Positions 20,877 through 30,317 of a stretch of 32,000 bases of DNA are shown piece after piece (position 1 is the stretch's first letter; each line of letters starts with the position of its first letter). A model generated the notes under the pieces. The model worked only from the letters and a program-made list of their open reading frames with translations. It searched no databases and was not told the DNA's origin. The DNA is from a secondary endosymbiont of Trabutina mannipara (lineage in GTDB: Bacteria > Pseudomonadota > Gammaproteobacteria > Enterobacterales > Enterobacteriaceae). Position numbers and translations under genes: made by a program. The stretch spans positions 150,001 to 182,000 of the forward strand of contig NZ_LT594522.1 of assembly GCF_900090215.1 (NCBI RefSeq), read 5' to 3'.

Positions 20877-21593
20877 TTATAATAGATAATATATGGAATA
20901 CCTCTCTAGGATTTTAGCAGTAAATTTTTTTCTTAGATAAAAACCTAGCGGCATCGTAAGTATTGGTTGGCCAAATTTGCCGATAGCTGCAGTTAGAGCT
21001 TTCCCGTTAGAAGCTTTGGGACGTAAATGAAGCATATCACCGTGGTGAGCGGTAATATTTTCTACTTTACCTAAAACAATCAAATCCATTAGTTCTTCCC
21101 AGTCACTTTTTAATTGAAGCTCTTCTTTTGCGTTTAAACTCCACAATAGCGGCACACCTATGCGCCGCATTGCCAGCGGTATTGTTCGATGTCCTTCTAT
21201 AGGAATCCAAAGTACCCTAGACAGCTTATAGCGCACATAACTAGTTTCCCATGTTACCCCGCTATTACCAGTAAGCGGCGCTACACAGATAAAAGTAGTT
21301 TCTAATGGTCGTCTGCTTATATCTACAGGAATAGTTTTTAGCTCTATGCCGATGGATGCAAAATCTTGCTCAGATTTACTTTTGGCGCTAGCGCCTAGAT
21401 AGCGTTCTAGTAACATGCCAATCCATCCTTTATTACGTTTAAGATTAGGGGGAATCTCTAATTTAGCATATATAGATAATTCACCCAGTGTATAACCAAA
21501 CAAAGAATTAGCTCTATGTAGCAAGGCATTTTCGTCTTTAGGGGGGTCTAGCGGAAAGGTATATGGAATGAAGTTTTTTATTTTTGTATTCAT
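20877..21593 (-). CDS. mutH: DNA mismatch repair endonuclease MutH
   Basis: The 238-aa ORF has ..GYTLGELS...[87 protein letters not shown].. and is collinear with E. coli MutH. The catalytic D/E/K (EQDF..IELKT) are retained. Confidence 0.94.
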   Translation of the reverse strand: MNTKIKNFIPYTFPLDPPKDENALLHRANSLFGYTLGELSIYAKLEIPPNLKRNKGWIGMLLERYLGASAKSKSEQDFASIGIELKTIPVDISRRPLETTFICVAPLTGNSGVTWETSYVRYKLSRVLWIPIEGHRTIPLAMRRIGVPLLWSLNAKEELQLKSDWEELMDLIVLGKVENITAHHGDMLHLRPKASNGKALTAAIGKFGQPILTMPLGFYLRKKFTAKILERYSIYYLL

Positions 21594-21812
21594 AAATTAA
21601 ATAAAAATTATAATAATAATTATAAAAATGAATAAGATAAAATTATCATTATGATGAATTGTATTTGCTGCACGCCATTATAAAATGCTAATTATAATAG
21701 CATAATAATTAATATAAAAACTAAAATAGTTATTTTAGATTACATTTTTGATAAAATTAATTAATTTTAAATTATTTAAATATTCTTCAACATAAAAATA
21801 AGAGATCATATA

Positions 21813-22334
21813 GTGATTGATGGTGATGGCTACAGACAAAATGTTGGTATTGTAATATGTAATCTTGACAGAAAAGTACTGTGGGCTAGGAGATACAGGC
21901 ATCATTCTTGGCAATTTCCCCAAGGAGGCATTAATGATTGCGAGACCGCTGAGCAAGCGATGTACCGCGAGCTATTTGAGGAGGTTGGTTTGAGTCACAA
22001 AGATGTACGTGTCCTAGCTTCTACGCATAATTGGATACGTTATAAACTTCCAAAGAGGTTGGTACGCTGGGATATGAAGCCGGTGTGTATTGGTCAGAAA
22101 CAAAAATGGTTTTTGCTACAGCTTGTGTGTTCTGATAGAGATATTAATATGCGAATTGGGGGAATACCTGAATTTGATTGTTGGCGTTGGGTTAATTTTT
22201 GGTACCCTGTACGTCAGATTATTTACTTTAAACGTGGTGTTTACCGTAGAGTAATGAATGAATTTTACAGAGTAGTAATGCCGTTACATAACAATGTTGT
22301 GCCGTGTTTAAAGCAGGCGCATTTAATGCAATAA
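21813..22334 (+). CDS. rppH: RNA pyrophosphohydrolase RppH (NudH)
   Basis: With a GTG start at 21813 the protein reads [17 protein letters not shown]...[30 protein letters not shown] (Nudix box)...[16 protein letters not shown], collinear with E. coli RppH. It is divergent from mutH, as in E. coli. Confidence 0.93.
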   Translation: MIDGDGYRQNVGIVICNLDRKVLWARRYRHHSWQFPQGGINDCETAEQAMYRELFEEVGLSHKDVRVLASTHNWIRYKLPKRLVRWDMKPVCIGQKQKWFLLQLVCSDRDINMRIGGIPEFDCWRWVNFWYPVRQIIYFKRGVYRRVMNEFYRVVMPLHNNVVPCLKQAHLMQ

Positions 22335-22455
22335 TTACAATAATTATATTGTATACTGTGATCTATTATTTATCATTTAATATTTAGATCTCGTAGCATG
22401 AGACAGCGTTTGCGATGACAATACATAAGTCAGTACAGAATCGTACTATATACTA

Positions 22456-22481
22456 TAGAATACTATAGTAGAATACTATAG
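22456..22481. repeat. Exact 13-bp tandem duplication (preceded by tactata x2)
   Basis: tagaatactatag occurs at 22456-22468 and 22469-22481, in the rppH/truA convergent spacer. Confidence 0.9.
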
Positions 22482-22576
22482 ATGCTACTTGCAGAATTTT
22501 TTTCTAATATTTTGTTACCACAACTAAGCTAGACACTTGATAAAAAATAACTACATATATAATCGAAAATAATAAA

Positions 22577-23356
22577 TTAAAAGAATAAAGGTCCATCAGA
22601 AGATTTCGGTAAATTGAAATGTGATGGATAATCTACTTCTATCAGGTAAAGACCTTCCGCTTTACTAGTAGCGCCTGCCTGTGTTTTGTCACGGCATGTA
22701 ATAAGTTCTGATATCCAACTTTCATGTTTTTTTCCACATCCCACCTCTAGCAAGCTACCTACAATATTACGAACCATATGATGAAGAAAAGCATTAGCTT
22801 TAATATCAAATATGATATATTGCCCATATCTATTTACATATAAATGGTGCACATTGCGCCAGGAACTACGAGACTGGCATTCTTTAGTACTAAAAGAAGT
22901 GAAATCATGTTCACCAATCAAAAACTGCCCCGCGCGTGCCATAGATGGGGCATCAAGATGATGATAATAACAGGTTATTCTACGTGCAAGTAACGCTGTA
23001 CGTAGGCGATAGTTATAAATAATATAACGGTAGCGTCTAGAAGTTGCGCTAAAACGTGCATGAAAATTATCAGCGACCTGTGTCACCCAACGAACAGCAA
23101 TATCATCAGGTAAATTTGCATTAACACCGAAGGTCCAAGCGGCGTCTGACCTACAGACTTTAGTTTCAAAATGTACAACCTGCCCTGTAGCATGTACACC
23201 TGTATCTGTACGTCCTGCACAGTAAACAGTGACAAGTTCGTTAGCAACATTTGAAATTGCACGTTCAAGACATGTCTGCACGTTATGTACTTTTTTTTGA
23301 CGTTGCCAGCCGTAATACGCACTACCGTTATATTCAATTCCGAGCACTAGCTTCAT
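22577..23356 (-). CDS. truA: tRNA pseudouridine(38-40) synthase TruA
   Basis: The 259-aa ORF has [20 protein letters not shown]...[20 protein letters not shown] (catalytic Asp)...[18 protein letters not shown]...[19 protein letters not shown]..., collinear with E. coli TruA. Confidence 0.95.
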   Translation of the reverse strand: MKLVLGIEYNGSAYYGWQRQKKVHNVQTCLERAISNVANELVTVYCAGRTDTGVHATGQVVHFETKVCRSDAAWTFGVNANLPDDIAVRWVTQVADNFHARFSATSRRYRYIIYNYRLRTALLARRITCYYHHLDAPSMARAGQFLIGEHDFTSFSTKECQSRSSWRNVHHLYVNRYGQYIIFDIKANAFLHHMVRNIVGSLLEVGCGKKHESWISELITCRDKTQAGATSKAEGLYLIEVDYPSHFNLPKSSDGPLFF

Positions 23357-23590
23357 AGTATTATTTCAATTTAACTAATTATAGTATCAACTATTAACAC
23401 CTTTAAGGTTAGGTTACAAGTTGTTATTATCAATAACTTGATGCTATTTTTAGCAATTTTTATAAATTGTGTTTTGTACTGGGCAAAATTAGTATGGCAC
23501 TAAATTAAAAATATTAGAATTTATCTAATAAATATTTTGTCGCCTAAGTGGCTTAATGGGCTACATAAGAAGATTATTTTATTACTAATT

Positions 23591-23619
23591 TTAACATACA
23601 TTGATGAATATGGTATACT
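23591..23619 (+). promoter_or_regulatory. Candidate sigma70 promoter for gyrA (extended -10)
   Basis: TTAACA (23591-23596) is separated by a 17-nt spacer from TGgTATACT, with the -10 hexamer at 23614-23619, about 38 nt upstream of the gyrA ATG. AT-rich spacers produce many chance matches. Confidence 0.35.
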
Positions 23620-23656
23620 TTTATACTTTAAAATACAGCTACAAGATAACGAATAA

Positions 23657-26170
23657 ATGAATGACATTACAAAAAAAATTACACCAGTAAATATTGAAGA
23701 AGAGCTGAAACGTTCTTATTTAGATTATGCTATGTCCGTAATAATAGGACGTGCATTACCTGATGTGCGTGATGGACTTAAACCAGTACATCGTAGAGTA
23801 CTTTTTGCTATGAGTGTACTCGGTAATGATTGGAATAAACCTTATAAAAAATCAGCACGAGTTGTCGGCGATGTTATTGGAAAATATCATCCTCATGGAG
23901 ATACTGCAGTTTATGACACTATAGTGCGTATGGCACAGTCGTTCTCATTGCGTTATATGTTAGTTGATGGTCAGGGAAATTTTGGTTCCGTTGACGGTGA
24001 CTCTGCAGCAGCGATGCGCTATACAGAAGTGCGCCTTACAAAAATAGCCCACGAATTTTTAGCCGATCTTGAAAAAGAAACAGTAGATTACGTGCCTAAC
24101 TATGATAACACTGAACAAATTCCAGATGTTATGCCCACTAGAATCCTTAACTTACTTGTTAATGGTTCTTCTGGCATCGCAGTAGGGATGGCTACTAATA
24201 TTCCTCCGCATAATTTAGCAGAAGTTGTCGACGGCTGTATAGCTTACATGGATAATGAGAATCTCAGCGTTGAAGAACTAATGGAACATATCCAAGGTCC
24301 CGATTTTCCTACTGCAGCTATTATTAACGGTAAACGCGGTATAGAAGAAGCTTACAGAACCGGTCGCGGTAAAATATATATTCGCGCTCGTACCGAGATA
24401 GAAACTAATTGTAATAACGGACGTGAAAACATTATTGTGCATGAAATTCCCTATCAGGTAAATAAAGCACGCCTGATTAAGAATATCGCTGATCTAGTAA
24501 AAGAAAAGCGCGTTGAGGGAATAAGTGGTTTATGTGATGAATCAGATAAAGACGGTATGCGTATCGTTATTAAAATTAAACGAGATGCTGTAGGAGAAAT
24601 AGTGCTCCACAATCTCTACTCACTTACCCAGTTGCAGATATCGTTCGGTATTAATATGGTAGCACTGCATAAACGGCAACCAAAGATACTATCTCTTAAG
24701 GACATTTTATCCGCATTTATACGTCACCGTCGCGAAGTAGTTACTCGACGTACAATTTTTGAACTACGTAAAGCTCGCGATCGTGCTCATCTTCTAGAAG
24801 CTCTAGTACTAGTAATTACGGATATCGATCCTATTATAGAGCTTATTCGCAGTACTACGACGCCATTAGAAGCAAAAGGTGTACTTATGGCACACTCATG
24901 GTCGCATAATATTGTCCACTCAATTTTAAAGAGTGCAGGCGCTGATATAGAAAAAGCAGCTTGGATGGAGCTGCAGTACGACGGTCTCTATTACTTAACA
25001 GAGCAGCAATCAGAAGCCATTTTGGCTCTTAGATTGCAAAAATTAACAAGTCTAGAATATAAAAAGCTGATTAATGAATACAATGAACTTATTAATAAAA
25101 TAGCAGAACTAAATCTAATTATACATAATTCAGACCGACTAATGGAAGTAATACGAGAAGAATTTCTCTCTATAAAAGAGCAATATAAAGATACACGACG
25201 TACCAAAATAATCGATAATAACTATGATATTAATGTTGATAATCTAATAAACAAGGAAGATGTAGTAGTAACTTTATCTTATCATGGATACATTAAGTAT
25301 CAACCTATTACTGATTATGAAGCACAGCGACGTGGCGGTAAAGGAAAATCAGCTGCAAGTATTAAAGAAGATGATTTTATTGATCGCCTGTTGGTAGCAA
25401 ATACCCACGATACTATCCTATTATTCTCCAGTTATGGACGAATGTACTGGATGAAAGTTTATCAGTTACCAGAAGCTAGTAGCGGATCACGCGGACGCCC
25501 TATAATTAACCTTTTACCTTTGGATTCCAACGAACGTATTACTGCTATTTTACCAGTGCGCAAATACGAAGAAGGACATTATGTTTTTATGGCAACAGCT
25601 AGCGGCACTGTTAAAAAAACTGCCATTATTGATTTTAGTCGACCACGTAGCTCAGGCATTATTGCTATTAATCTAAATGATGGAGATAAACTGATCGGTG
25701 TAGATATAACAGACGGTAATAACGATATTATGTTATTTACCGCTTATGGTAAAGTAGTTCGTTTTCCTGAAAATCAAGTGCGTAGCATGGGACGAACAGC
25801 AACTGGTATTCGTGGTATCCATTTGATAGAACGTGACAGAGTTGTGTCTCTTATCGTGCCGAGAGAAAAAAAATCAATACTAACAGTTACACAGTATGGC
25901 TACGGAAAACGCACAGCACAAGAAGAGTATCCTACTAAGTCTCGCGCTACCTATGGGGTTATCTCTATTAAGGTTAGTAAACGTAATGGTGAAGTAGTAG
26001 GAGCTGTGCAAGTTGATGACTGCAATCATATTATGATTATCACGGACTACGGTACTTTAGTACGCACTAGGGTATCAGAGGTGAGCATCGTAGGCCGCAA
26101 AACAAAGGGTGTGATTCTTATCAGGATGGATAAAAATCAGCATGTAGTGGGGCTACAGCCTATCGCTTAG
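23657..26170 (+). CDS. gyrA: DNA gyrase subunit A
   Basis: The 837-aa ORF has ..[61 protein letters not shown] (catalytic Tyr)... and C-terminal beta-pinwheel repeats. It is collinear with E. coli GyrA but ends at ..VVGLQPIA, without the acidic tail. Confidence 0.98.
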   Translation: MNDITKKITPVNIEEELKRSYLDYAMSVIIGRALPDVRDGLKPVHRRVLFAMSVLGNDWNKPYKKSARVVGDVIGKYHPHGDTAVYDTIVRMAQSFSLRYMLVDGQGNFGSVDGDSAAAMRYTEVRLTKIAHEFLADLEKETVDYVPNYDNTEQIPDVMPTRILNLLVNGSSGIAVGMATNIPPHNLAEVVDGCIAYMDNENLSVEELMEHIQGPDFPTAAIINGKRGIEEAYRTGRGKIYIRARTEIETNCNNGRENIIVHEIPYQVNKARLIKNIADLVKEKRVEGISGLCDESDKDGMRIVIKIKRDAVGEIVLHNLYSLTQLQISFGINMVALHKRQPKILSLKDILSAFIRHRREVVTRRTIFELRKARDRAHLLEALVLVITDIDPIIELIRSTTTPLEAKGVLMAHSWSHNIVHSILKSAGADIEKAAWMELQYDGLYYLTEQQSEAILALRLQKLTSLEYKKLINEYNELINKIAELNLIIHNSDRLMEVIREEFLSIKEQYKDTRRTKIIDNNYDINVDNLINKEDVVVTLSYHGYIKYQPITDYEAQRRGGKGKSAASIKEDDFIDRLLVANTHDTILLFSSYGRMYWMKVYQLPEASSGSRGRPIINLLPLDSNERITAILPVRKYEEGHYVFMATASGTVKKTAIIDFSRPRSSGIIAINLNDGDKLIGVDITDGNNDIMLFTAYGKVVRFPENQVRSMGRTATGIRGIHLIERDRVVSLIVPREKKSILTVTQYGYGKRTAQEEYPTKSRATYGVISIKVSKRNGEVVGAVQVDDCNHIMIITDYGTLVRTRVSEVSIVGRKTKGVILIRMDKNQHVVGLQPIA

Positions 26171-26177
26171 AAAAATT

Positions 26178-26201
26178 AAATAAACAGCTAAATAAACAGC
26201 A
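26178..26201. repeat. 12-bp tandem duplication (11/12 identical)
   Basis: aaataaacagct occurs at 26178-26189 and aaataaacagca at 26190-26201, just after the gyrA stop. Confidence 0.8.
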
Positions 26202-26230
26202 AATAACACAACATATTGACCCCAAAATTG

Positions 26231-26259
26231 TTGACTGAAGTTAGTCAACTAGGCATAAT
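26231..26259 (+). promoter_or_regulatory. Candidate sigma70 promoter for the leuW-glnU-metU-glnV tRNA operon
   Basis: TTGACT (26231-26236) is separated by a 17-nt spacer from CATAAT (26254-26259), about 48 nt upstream of the first tRNA. The -35 and spacer also form a 7-bp inverted repeat (gttgact/agtcaac). Confidence 0.4.
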
Positions 26260-26307
26260 GATATATTATGTAATATCATTACTTAACTATAAGTCTATTT
26301 ACTTTTT

Positions 26308-26392
26308 GCGGGAGTGGCGAAATTGGTAGACGCACCAGATTTAGGTTCTGGCGCTGCAAGGTATGCGAGTTCAAATCTCGCCTCCCGCACCA
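26308..26392 (+). tRNA. leuW: tRNA-Leu (anticodon UAG)
   Basis: GCGGGAGTGGCGAAATTGGTAGACGCA CCAGA TTTAGGT TCTGG CGCTGCAAGGTATGCGAGTTCAAATCTCGCCTCCCGCACCA is near-identical to E. coli leuW. CCA is encoded. Confidence 0.93.
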
Positions 26393-26434
26393 TCATTTTA
26401 TTTAAGTTAGTATAGCTGTTATTAGAGCTAATAA

Positions 26435-26506
26435 TGGGGTATAGCCAAGTGGTAAGGCATCGGGTTTTGATCCCGCTACGCCCAGGTTCGAATCCTGGTA
26501 CCCCAG
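26435..26506 (+). tRNA. glnU: tRNA-Gln (anticodon UUG)
   Basis: TGGGGTATAGCCAAGTGGTAAGGCA TCGGG TTTTGAT CCCGC TACGC CCAGG TTCGAAT CCTGG TACCCCA G is similar to E. coli glnU. The 3' flank is cta, so no CCA is encoded. Confidence 0.9.
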
Positions 26507-26544
26507 CTATTATTTTCTGCATGCACAAAAATACTGAAATTAGC

Positions 26545-26572
26545 TAGCTCTTAAGAGCTAGATCTTAAGAGC
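26545..26572. repeat. 14-bp tandem duplication (13/14) whose units contain palindromes, in the tRNA-Gln/tRNA-Met spacer
   Basis: tagctcttaagagc occurs at 26545-26558 and tagatcttaagagc at 26559-26572. gctcttaagagc is a perfect 12-bp palindrome. Confidence 0.85.
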
Positions 26573-26586
26573 TATGAATAAGACGC

Positions 26587-26660
26587 GGCTACGTAGCTCA
26601 GTTGGTTAGAGCACAGCACTCATAATGCTGGGGTCACAGGTTCGATTCCCGTCGTAGCCA
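26587..26660 (+). tRNA. metU: tRNA-Met, elongator (anticodon CAU)
   Basis: GGCTACGTAGCTCAGTTGGTTAGAGCACAGCACTCATAATGCTGGGGTCACAGGTTCGATTCCCGTCGTAGCCA is near-identical to E. coli metT/metU. The 3' flank is aca, so no CCA is encoded. Confidence 0.9.
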
Positions 26661-26670
26661 ACATATTTTT

Positions 26671-26742
26671 TGGGGTATAGCCAAGAGGTAAGGCACCGGA
26701 TTCTGATTCCGGGATTCCCAGGTTCGAATCCTGGTACCCCAG
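26671..26742 (+). tRNA. glnV: tRNA-Gln (anticodon CUG)
   Basis: TGGGGTATAGCCAAGAGGTAAGGCA CCGGA TTCTGAT TCCGG GATTC CCAGG TTCGAAT CCTGG TACCCCA G is similar to E. coli glnV. The 3' flank is taa, so no CCA is encoded. Confidence 0.9.
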
Positions 26743-26847
26743 TAATATCATAATTATGATTTTAAAAAAGTTAATTATTTTTATGAAAATTTTAAGTGCT
26801 TACTAATAATAAAAAGTAAGCATAATCATAATGTGGACACTATAATT

Positions 26848-27309
26848 ATGAGCCAAGTTATACTTAACTTTCAGCTTGCCTGTGATAATGCCAGCGGTAT
26901 ACCAGAAAAAAGAGATTTTATACGTTGGTTAAAGGGCGCGTTGTTGCTTTTTAGAGACTACTATGAGGTTACTATACGGTTAGTAAATGAAGATGAAATT
27001 CATAAACTAAACATGACCTACCGTGGCAAAAATAGGCCCACAAACATTCTATCTTTTAAATTTGAATCTACGTCAAAAGTAAACCTCCATTTTTTAGGGG
27101 ATTTAGTTATCTGCAGCCAGATAGTTAAACGTGAAGCGCAAAAACAAAAAAAAGCAATAAAAGCGCATTGGGCACATATAGTTATTCATGGTTCTCTACA
27201 TCTACTAGGATATAATCATCTTCTAGAAAATGAAGCGCTAGTGATGGAATCATTAGAGACAGAAATAATGCAAAAATTTGGTTACCCAGATCCTTATTTA
27301 GGAAGATAA
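26848..27309 (+). CDS. ybeY: Endoribonuclease YbeY (16S rRNA 3'-end maturation)
   Basis: From the ATG at 26848 the protein reads MSQVILNFQLACDNASGIPE...TYRGKNRPTNILSF.F...LGDLVIC.Q.V..EA..Q.K....HWAHIVIHGSLHLLGYNH (H3xH5xH metal site)...ETEIM...GY.DPY, collinear with E. coli YbeY. The ORF-track start at 26833 is a GTG extension. Confidence 0.93.
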   Translation: MSQVILNFQLACDNASGIPEKRDFIRWLKGALLLFRDYYEVTIRLVNEDEIHKLNMTYRGKNRPTNILSFKFESTSKVNLHFLGDLVICSQIVKREAQKQKKAIKAHWAHIVIHGSLHLLGYNHLLENEALVMESLETEIMQKFGYPDPYLGR

Positions 27310-27494
27310 AAATCTGTAATTTTTACTCTACTTTCTTGCCTCTATCTAAAAAATTTCTTAGATTTTCTTTATCGCCTATTGTCAAGTATATGGTCTTTAA
27401 ATTATGTATGATCCCTACTAGGATCCGGATGTTAGGACCTTTCGGGTACGGTGTCAAATTGGATGATGTTTTTGTAGTACTGATAATATTATTA

Positions 27495-27523
27495 TTGTTC
27501 AATATATGAAAAAATGGTATAAT
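27495..27523 (+). promoter_or_regulatory. Candidate sigma70 promoter for leuS (extended -10)
   Basis: TTGTTC (27495-27500) is separated by a 17-nt spacer from TGgTATAAT, with the -10 hexamer at 27518-27523, about 113 nt upstream of the leuS ATG. Confidence 0.35.
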
Positions 27524-27636
27524 ATAGGTGTTAAAAATAAAGTTAAATTCGCAACGTATATGTTTTTTTCTATTTTTTAGATTTACTGTTTAGAGTTACT
27601 GTATTTCAGTTATTTAAGGAATAAATACTATCTTTC

Positions 27637-30216
27637 ATGCAAGAAATTTATCGTCCAGAAGAAATAGAATCAACTGTACAACAATACTGGCATAAAAATA
27701 ATACTTTTATGGTTACCGAAGATCCTGTAAAAGAAAAATATTACTGTCTATCTATGCTTCCATATCCTTCTGGCTGCTTGCATATGGGGCATGTGCGTAA
27801 CTATACTATCGGCGATGTAATAGCTAGATATCAGCGCATGTTAGGTAAAAACGTTTTGCATCCCATAGGGTGGGATGCCTTCGGCCTACCTGCTGAAATT
27901 GCTGCAGTAAAAAATAATATGGCACCGTCGCGGTGGACCTACGCTAATATCAATAATATGAAAAAACAGCTAAAATTGCTAGGTTTCGGTTATGATTGGA
28001 GCCGTGAGATAACTACATGTAGCCCAGAATATTACCGCTGGGAACAATGGTTTTTTATCTATCTATATAAAAAAGGTCTAGTATATAAAAAAAATGCTGC
28101 AGTTAACTGGTGTCCACAAGATAAGACAGTACTTGCTAATGAACAAGTTATTGAAGGTTGCTGCTGGCGTTGCGATACCCAGGTTGAACGTAAGGAAATA
28201 CCACAGTGGTTTATAAAAATTACTGATTATGCAGATGAATTATTACAAGATTTAGATAAGTTAGATGGTTGGTTCGAGCAAGTTAAAACTATGCAACGCA
28301 ACTGGATAGGTCGTTCAGAAGGTATAGAGATTACATTTCAGGTAGTTGATAGCGAAGATAAGCTAACGATCTATACTACCAGAAAAGATACTTTTATGGG
28401 AGTTACCTATATCGCTATAGCTGCTGACCATCATCTATCGTTGCAGGCAGCAACAGCTAATTCGGCATTAGCCGATTTTATCCATAAATGCCGTACTACA
28501 ACCGTGTTGGAAGTAGACGTTGCTAAGATGGAAAAAAAAGGAATGGCTACTGGATTGTACGTTATGCATCCGTTTAATGGAGAGATATTACCAGTATGGG
28601 TCGCTAATTTTGTATTAATGGATTACGGCACTAGCGCTATCATGGCAGTGCCAGGGCACGATCAACGCGACTTTGAATTTGCACGTAAATATAGTTTACC
28701 TATTAAGCCAGTTATTCTAAATGCTGACGGAAGCAAACCAGATATCAGTCTCAAGGCAATGACCCTAAAAGGCGTACTTTTTAATTCTGGAGAATTCGAT
28801 GGTCTAGACTTTAAATCAGGATCTAGAGCAATTGCTGATGCATTGGTGGCGCGCGGCATTGGTAAGCGCAAGATAAACTATCGATTGCACGACTGGGTGG
28901 TTTCAAGACAACGTTACTGGGGTGCACCTATCCCTATGATGACACTTGAAAACGGTACTGTAGTGCCAACTCCTGAAGATCAACTGCCAGTTATACTACC
29001 AGAATACGTTATGATAGACGGAATTTCTAATCCTTTAAAAGAGGATCCTAGTTGGTTTAGGACTACTTACCATGGCAAACCTGCTCTGCGTGAAACAGAT
29101 ACCTTTGATACATTCATGGAATCTTCCTGGTATTATGCTCGCTATACATGCCCTAGTTATAAAAGCGGTATGCTAGATTATACTGCTGCCAAATATTGGC
29201 TACCTGTAGATCAATATATTGGTGGTATTGAACACGCTGTCATGCATTTAATGTATTTTCGTTTTTATCATAAGCTACTGCGTGATGCAGGTATAGTTAT
29301 TTCTGATGAGCCAGCTAAGCGACTGCTTTGTCAGGGTATGGTTTTGGCAGATGCATTCTATTATATTACTGCAAACGGTGAACGAATATGGGTATCGCCT
29401 CTAGAGATAAGCATCGAGCGTGATAATAAAGGACGCATAATAAAAGCAACAGATGTTTCAGGACGCGATCTAGTATATGCAGGCATGAGTAAAATGTCTA
29501 AATCAAAAAATAATGGTATTAACCCCCAGGAAATAGTTGAAAAATACGGTGCTGACACCGTACGACTTTTTATGATGTTTGCATCTCCAGCAGAAATGAC
29601 GCTGGAATGGCATAAATCAGGCATTGAAGGATCTAACAGATTCATCAAACGCTTCTGGAAACTAGCTTATGAACATAAGCAGAGGGGATCATCGGTAGAA
29701 GATTTAAATATTATGTCCTTAAATAAAGATCAAAAAGCACTGCGTCGTGAAGTACATAAAACTATAGCTAAAGTTACTGATGATATTGGTCGTCGTCAGA
29801 CATTTAACACCGCAATTGCCGCCATTATGGAACTGATAAATAAGTTAATACATGTAGACCAGCATACTGAGCAGGATCATGCCCTTATGCATGAATCCCT
29901 AATGGCAGTAGTGCGAATGCTTTATCCTTTTATACCTCATACGTGCTTTATGATTTGGCAATCACTAGGAGGTGAAGGGGATATTGATAACGCGCAATGG
30001 CCGGTAGCGGACGAAGCAGCTATAGTTGAAGATGCTAAACTTATAGTCATTCAGGTTAACGGCAAGTTTCGGGGGAGAATTATTCTACCTGCAGATGCAG
30101 ACGAAACTCTAGTACGTGATCGTGCGGAATATATGGTAGCCAAATCTATCTACGGTAAAAATGTTCATAAGGTGATTTATATACCAGGTAAACTACTTAA
30201 TCTTGTCGTAGGTTAA
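27637..30216 (+). CDS. leuS: Leucine--tRNA ligase
   Basis: The 859-aa ORF has [18 protein letters not shown]..., [11 protein letters not shown] (HIGH), a CP1 editing domain and [12 protein letters not shown] (KMSKS), and is collinear with E. coli LeuS (860 aa as recalled). Confidence 0.98.
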   Translation: MQEIYRPEEIESTVQQYWHKNNTFMVTEDPVKEKYYCLSMLPYPSGCLHMGHVRNYTIGDVIARYQRMLGKNVLHPIGWDAFGLPAEIAAVKNNMAPSRWTYANINNMKKQLKLLGFGYDWSREITTCSPEYYRWEQWFFIYLYKKGLVYKKNAAVNWCPQDKTVLANEQVIEGCCWRCDTQVERKEIPQWFIKITDYADELLQDLDKLDGWFEQVKTMQRNWIGRSEGIEITFQVVDSEDKLTIYTTRKDTFMGVTYIAIAADHHLSLQAATANSALADFIHKCRTTTVLEVDVAKMEKKGMATGLYVMHPFNGEILPVWVANFVLMDYGTSAIMAVPGHDQRDFEFARKYSLPIKPVILNADGSKPDISLKAMTLKGVLFNSGEFDGLDFKSGSRAIADALVARGIGKRKINYRLHDWVVSRQRYWGAPIPMMTLENGTVVPTPEDQLPVILPEYVMIDGISNPLKEDPSWFRTTYHGKPALRETDTFDTFMESSWYYARYTCPSYKSGMLDYTAAKYWLPVDQYIGGIEHAVMHLMYFRFYHKLLRDAGIVISDEPAKRLLCQGMVLADAFYYITANGERIWVSPLEISIERDNKGRIIKATDVSGRDLVYAGMSKMSKSKNNGINPQEIVEKYGADTVRLFMMFASPAEMTLEWHKSGIEGSNRFIKRFWKLAYEHKQRGSSVEDLNIMSLNKDQKALRREVHKTIAKVTDDIGRRQTFNTAIAAIMELINKLIHVDQHTEQDHALMHESLMAVVRMLYPFIPHTCFMIWQSLGGEGDIDNAQWPVADEAAIVEDAKLIVIQVNGKFRGRIILPADADETLVRDRAEYMVAKSIYGKNVHKVIYIPGKLLNLVVG

Positions 30217-30269
30217 ATGTATGCGATGCCAGGATAGGCGCAGAATACTAAAATGCTAATGATAAGATG

Positions 30270-30291
30270 AATTTTATTTTAATTTTATTTT
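30270..30291. repeat. Exact 11-bp tandem duplication in the leuS/holA spacer
   Basis: aattttatttt occurs at 30270-30280 and 30281-30291. Confidence 0.85.
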
Positions 30292-30317
30292 AAGAAGCGA
30301 GCAGTGCTATAATACGT

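Noticed and set aside
21735-21956. A 73-aa ORF on the minus strand in the mutH/rppH spacer
   Set aside because: It overlaps the conserved N-terminus of rppH antisense, is low-complexity and AT-driven, and has no homology.
23417-23440. A 9-bp-stem hairpin, caagttgtt-attatc-aataacttg, upstream of truA and gyrA
   Set aside because: It is not positioned after any gene on either strand. It may be a relic terminator of a deleted neighbour, but this cannot be tested from this window.
23880-23930. The GyrA QRDR reads [10 protein letters not shown], with Thr at the E. coli Ser83 position
   Set aside because: Thr at this position is a natural wild-type state in several Gram-negative bacteria and Asp87 is unchanged, so it is not evidence of quinolone-resistance selection.
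26295-26528. A 77-aa ORF on the minus strand
   Set aside because: It is antisense to tRNA-Leu(UAG) and tRNA-Gln(UUG) and is an artefact of tRNA sequence.
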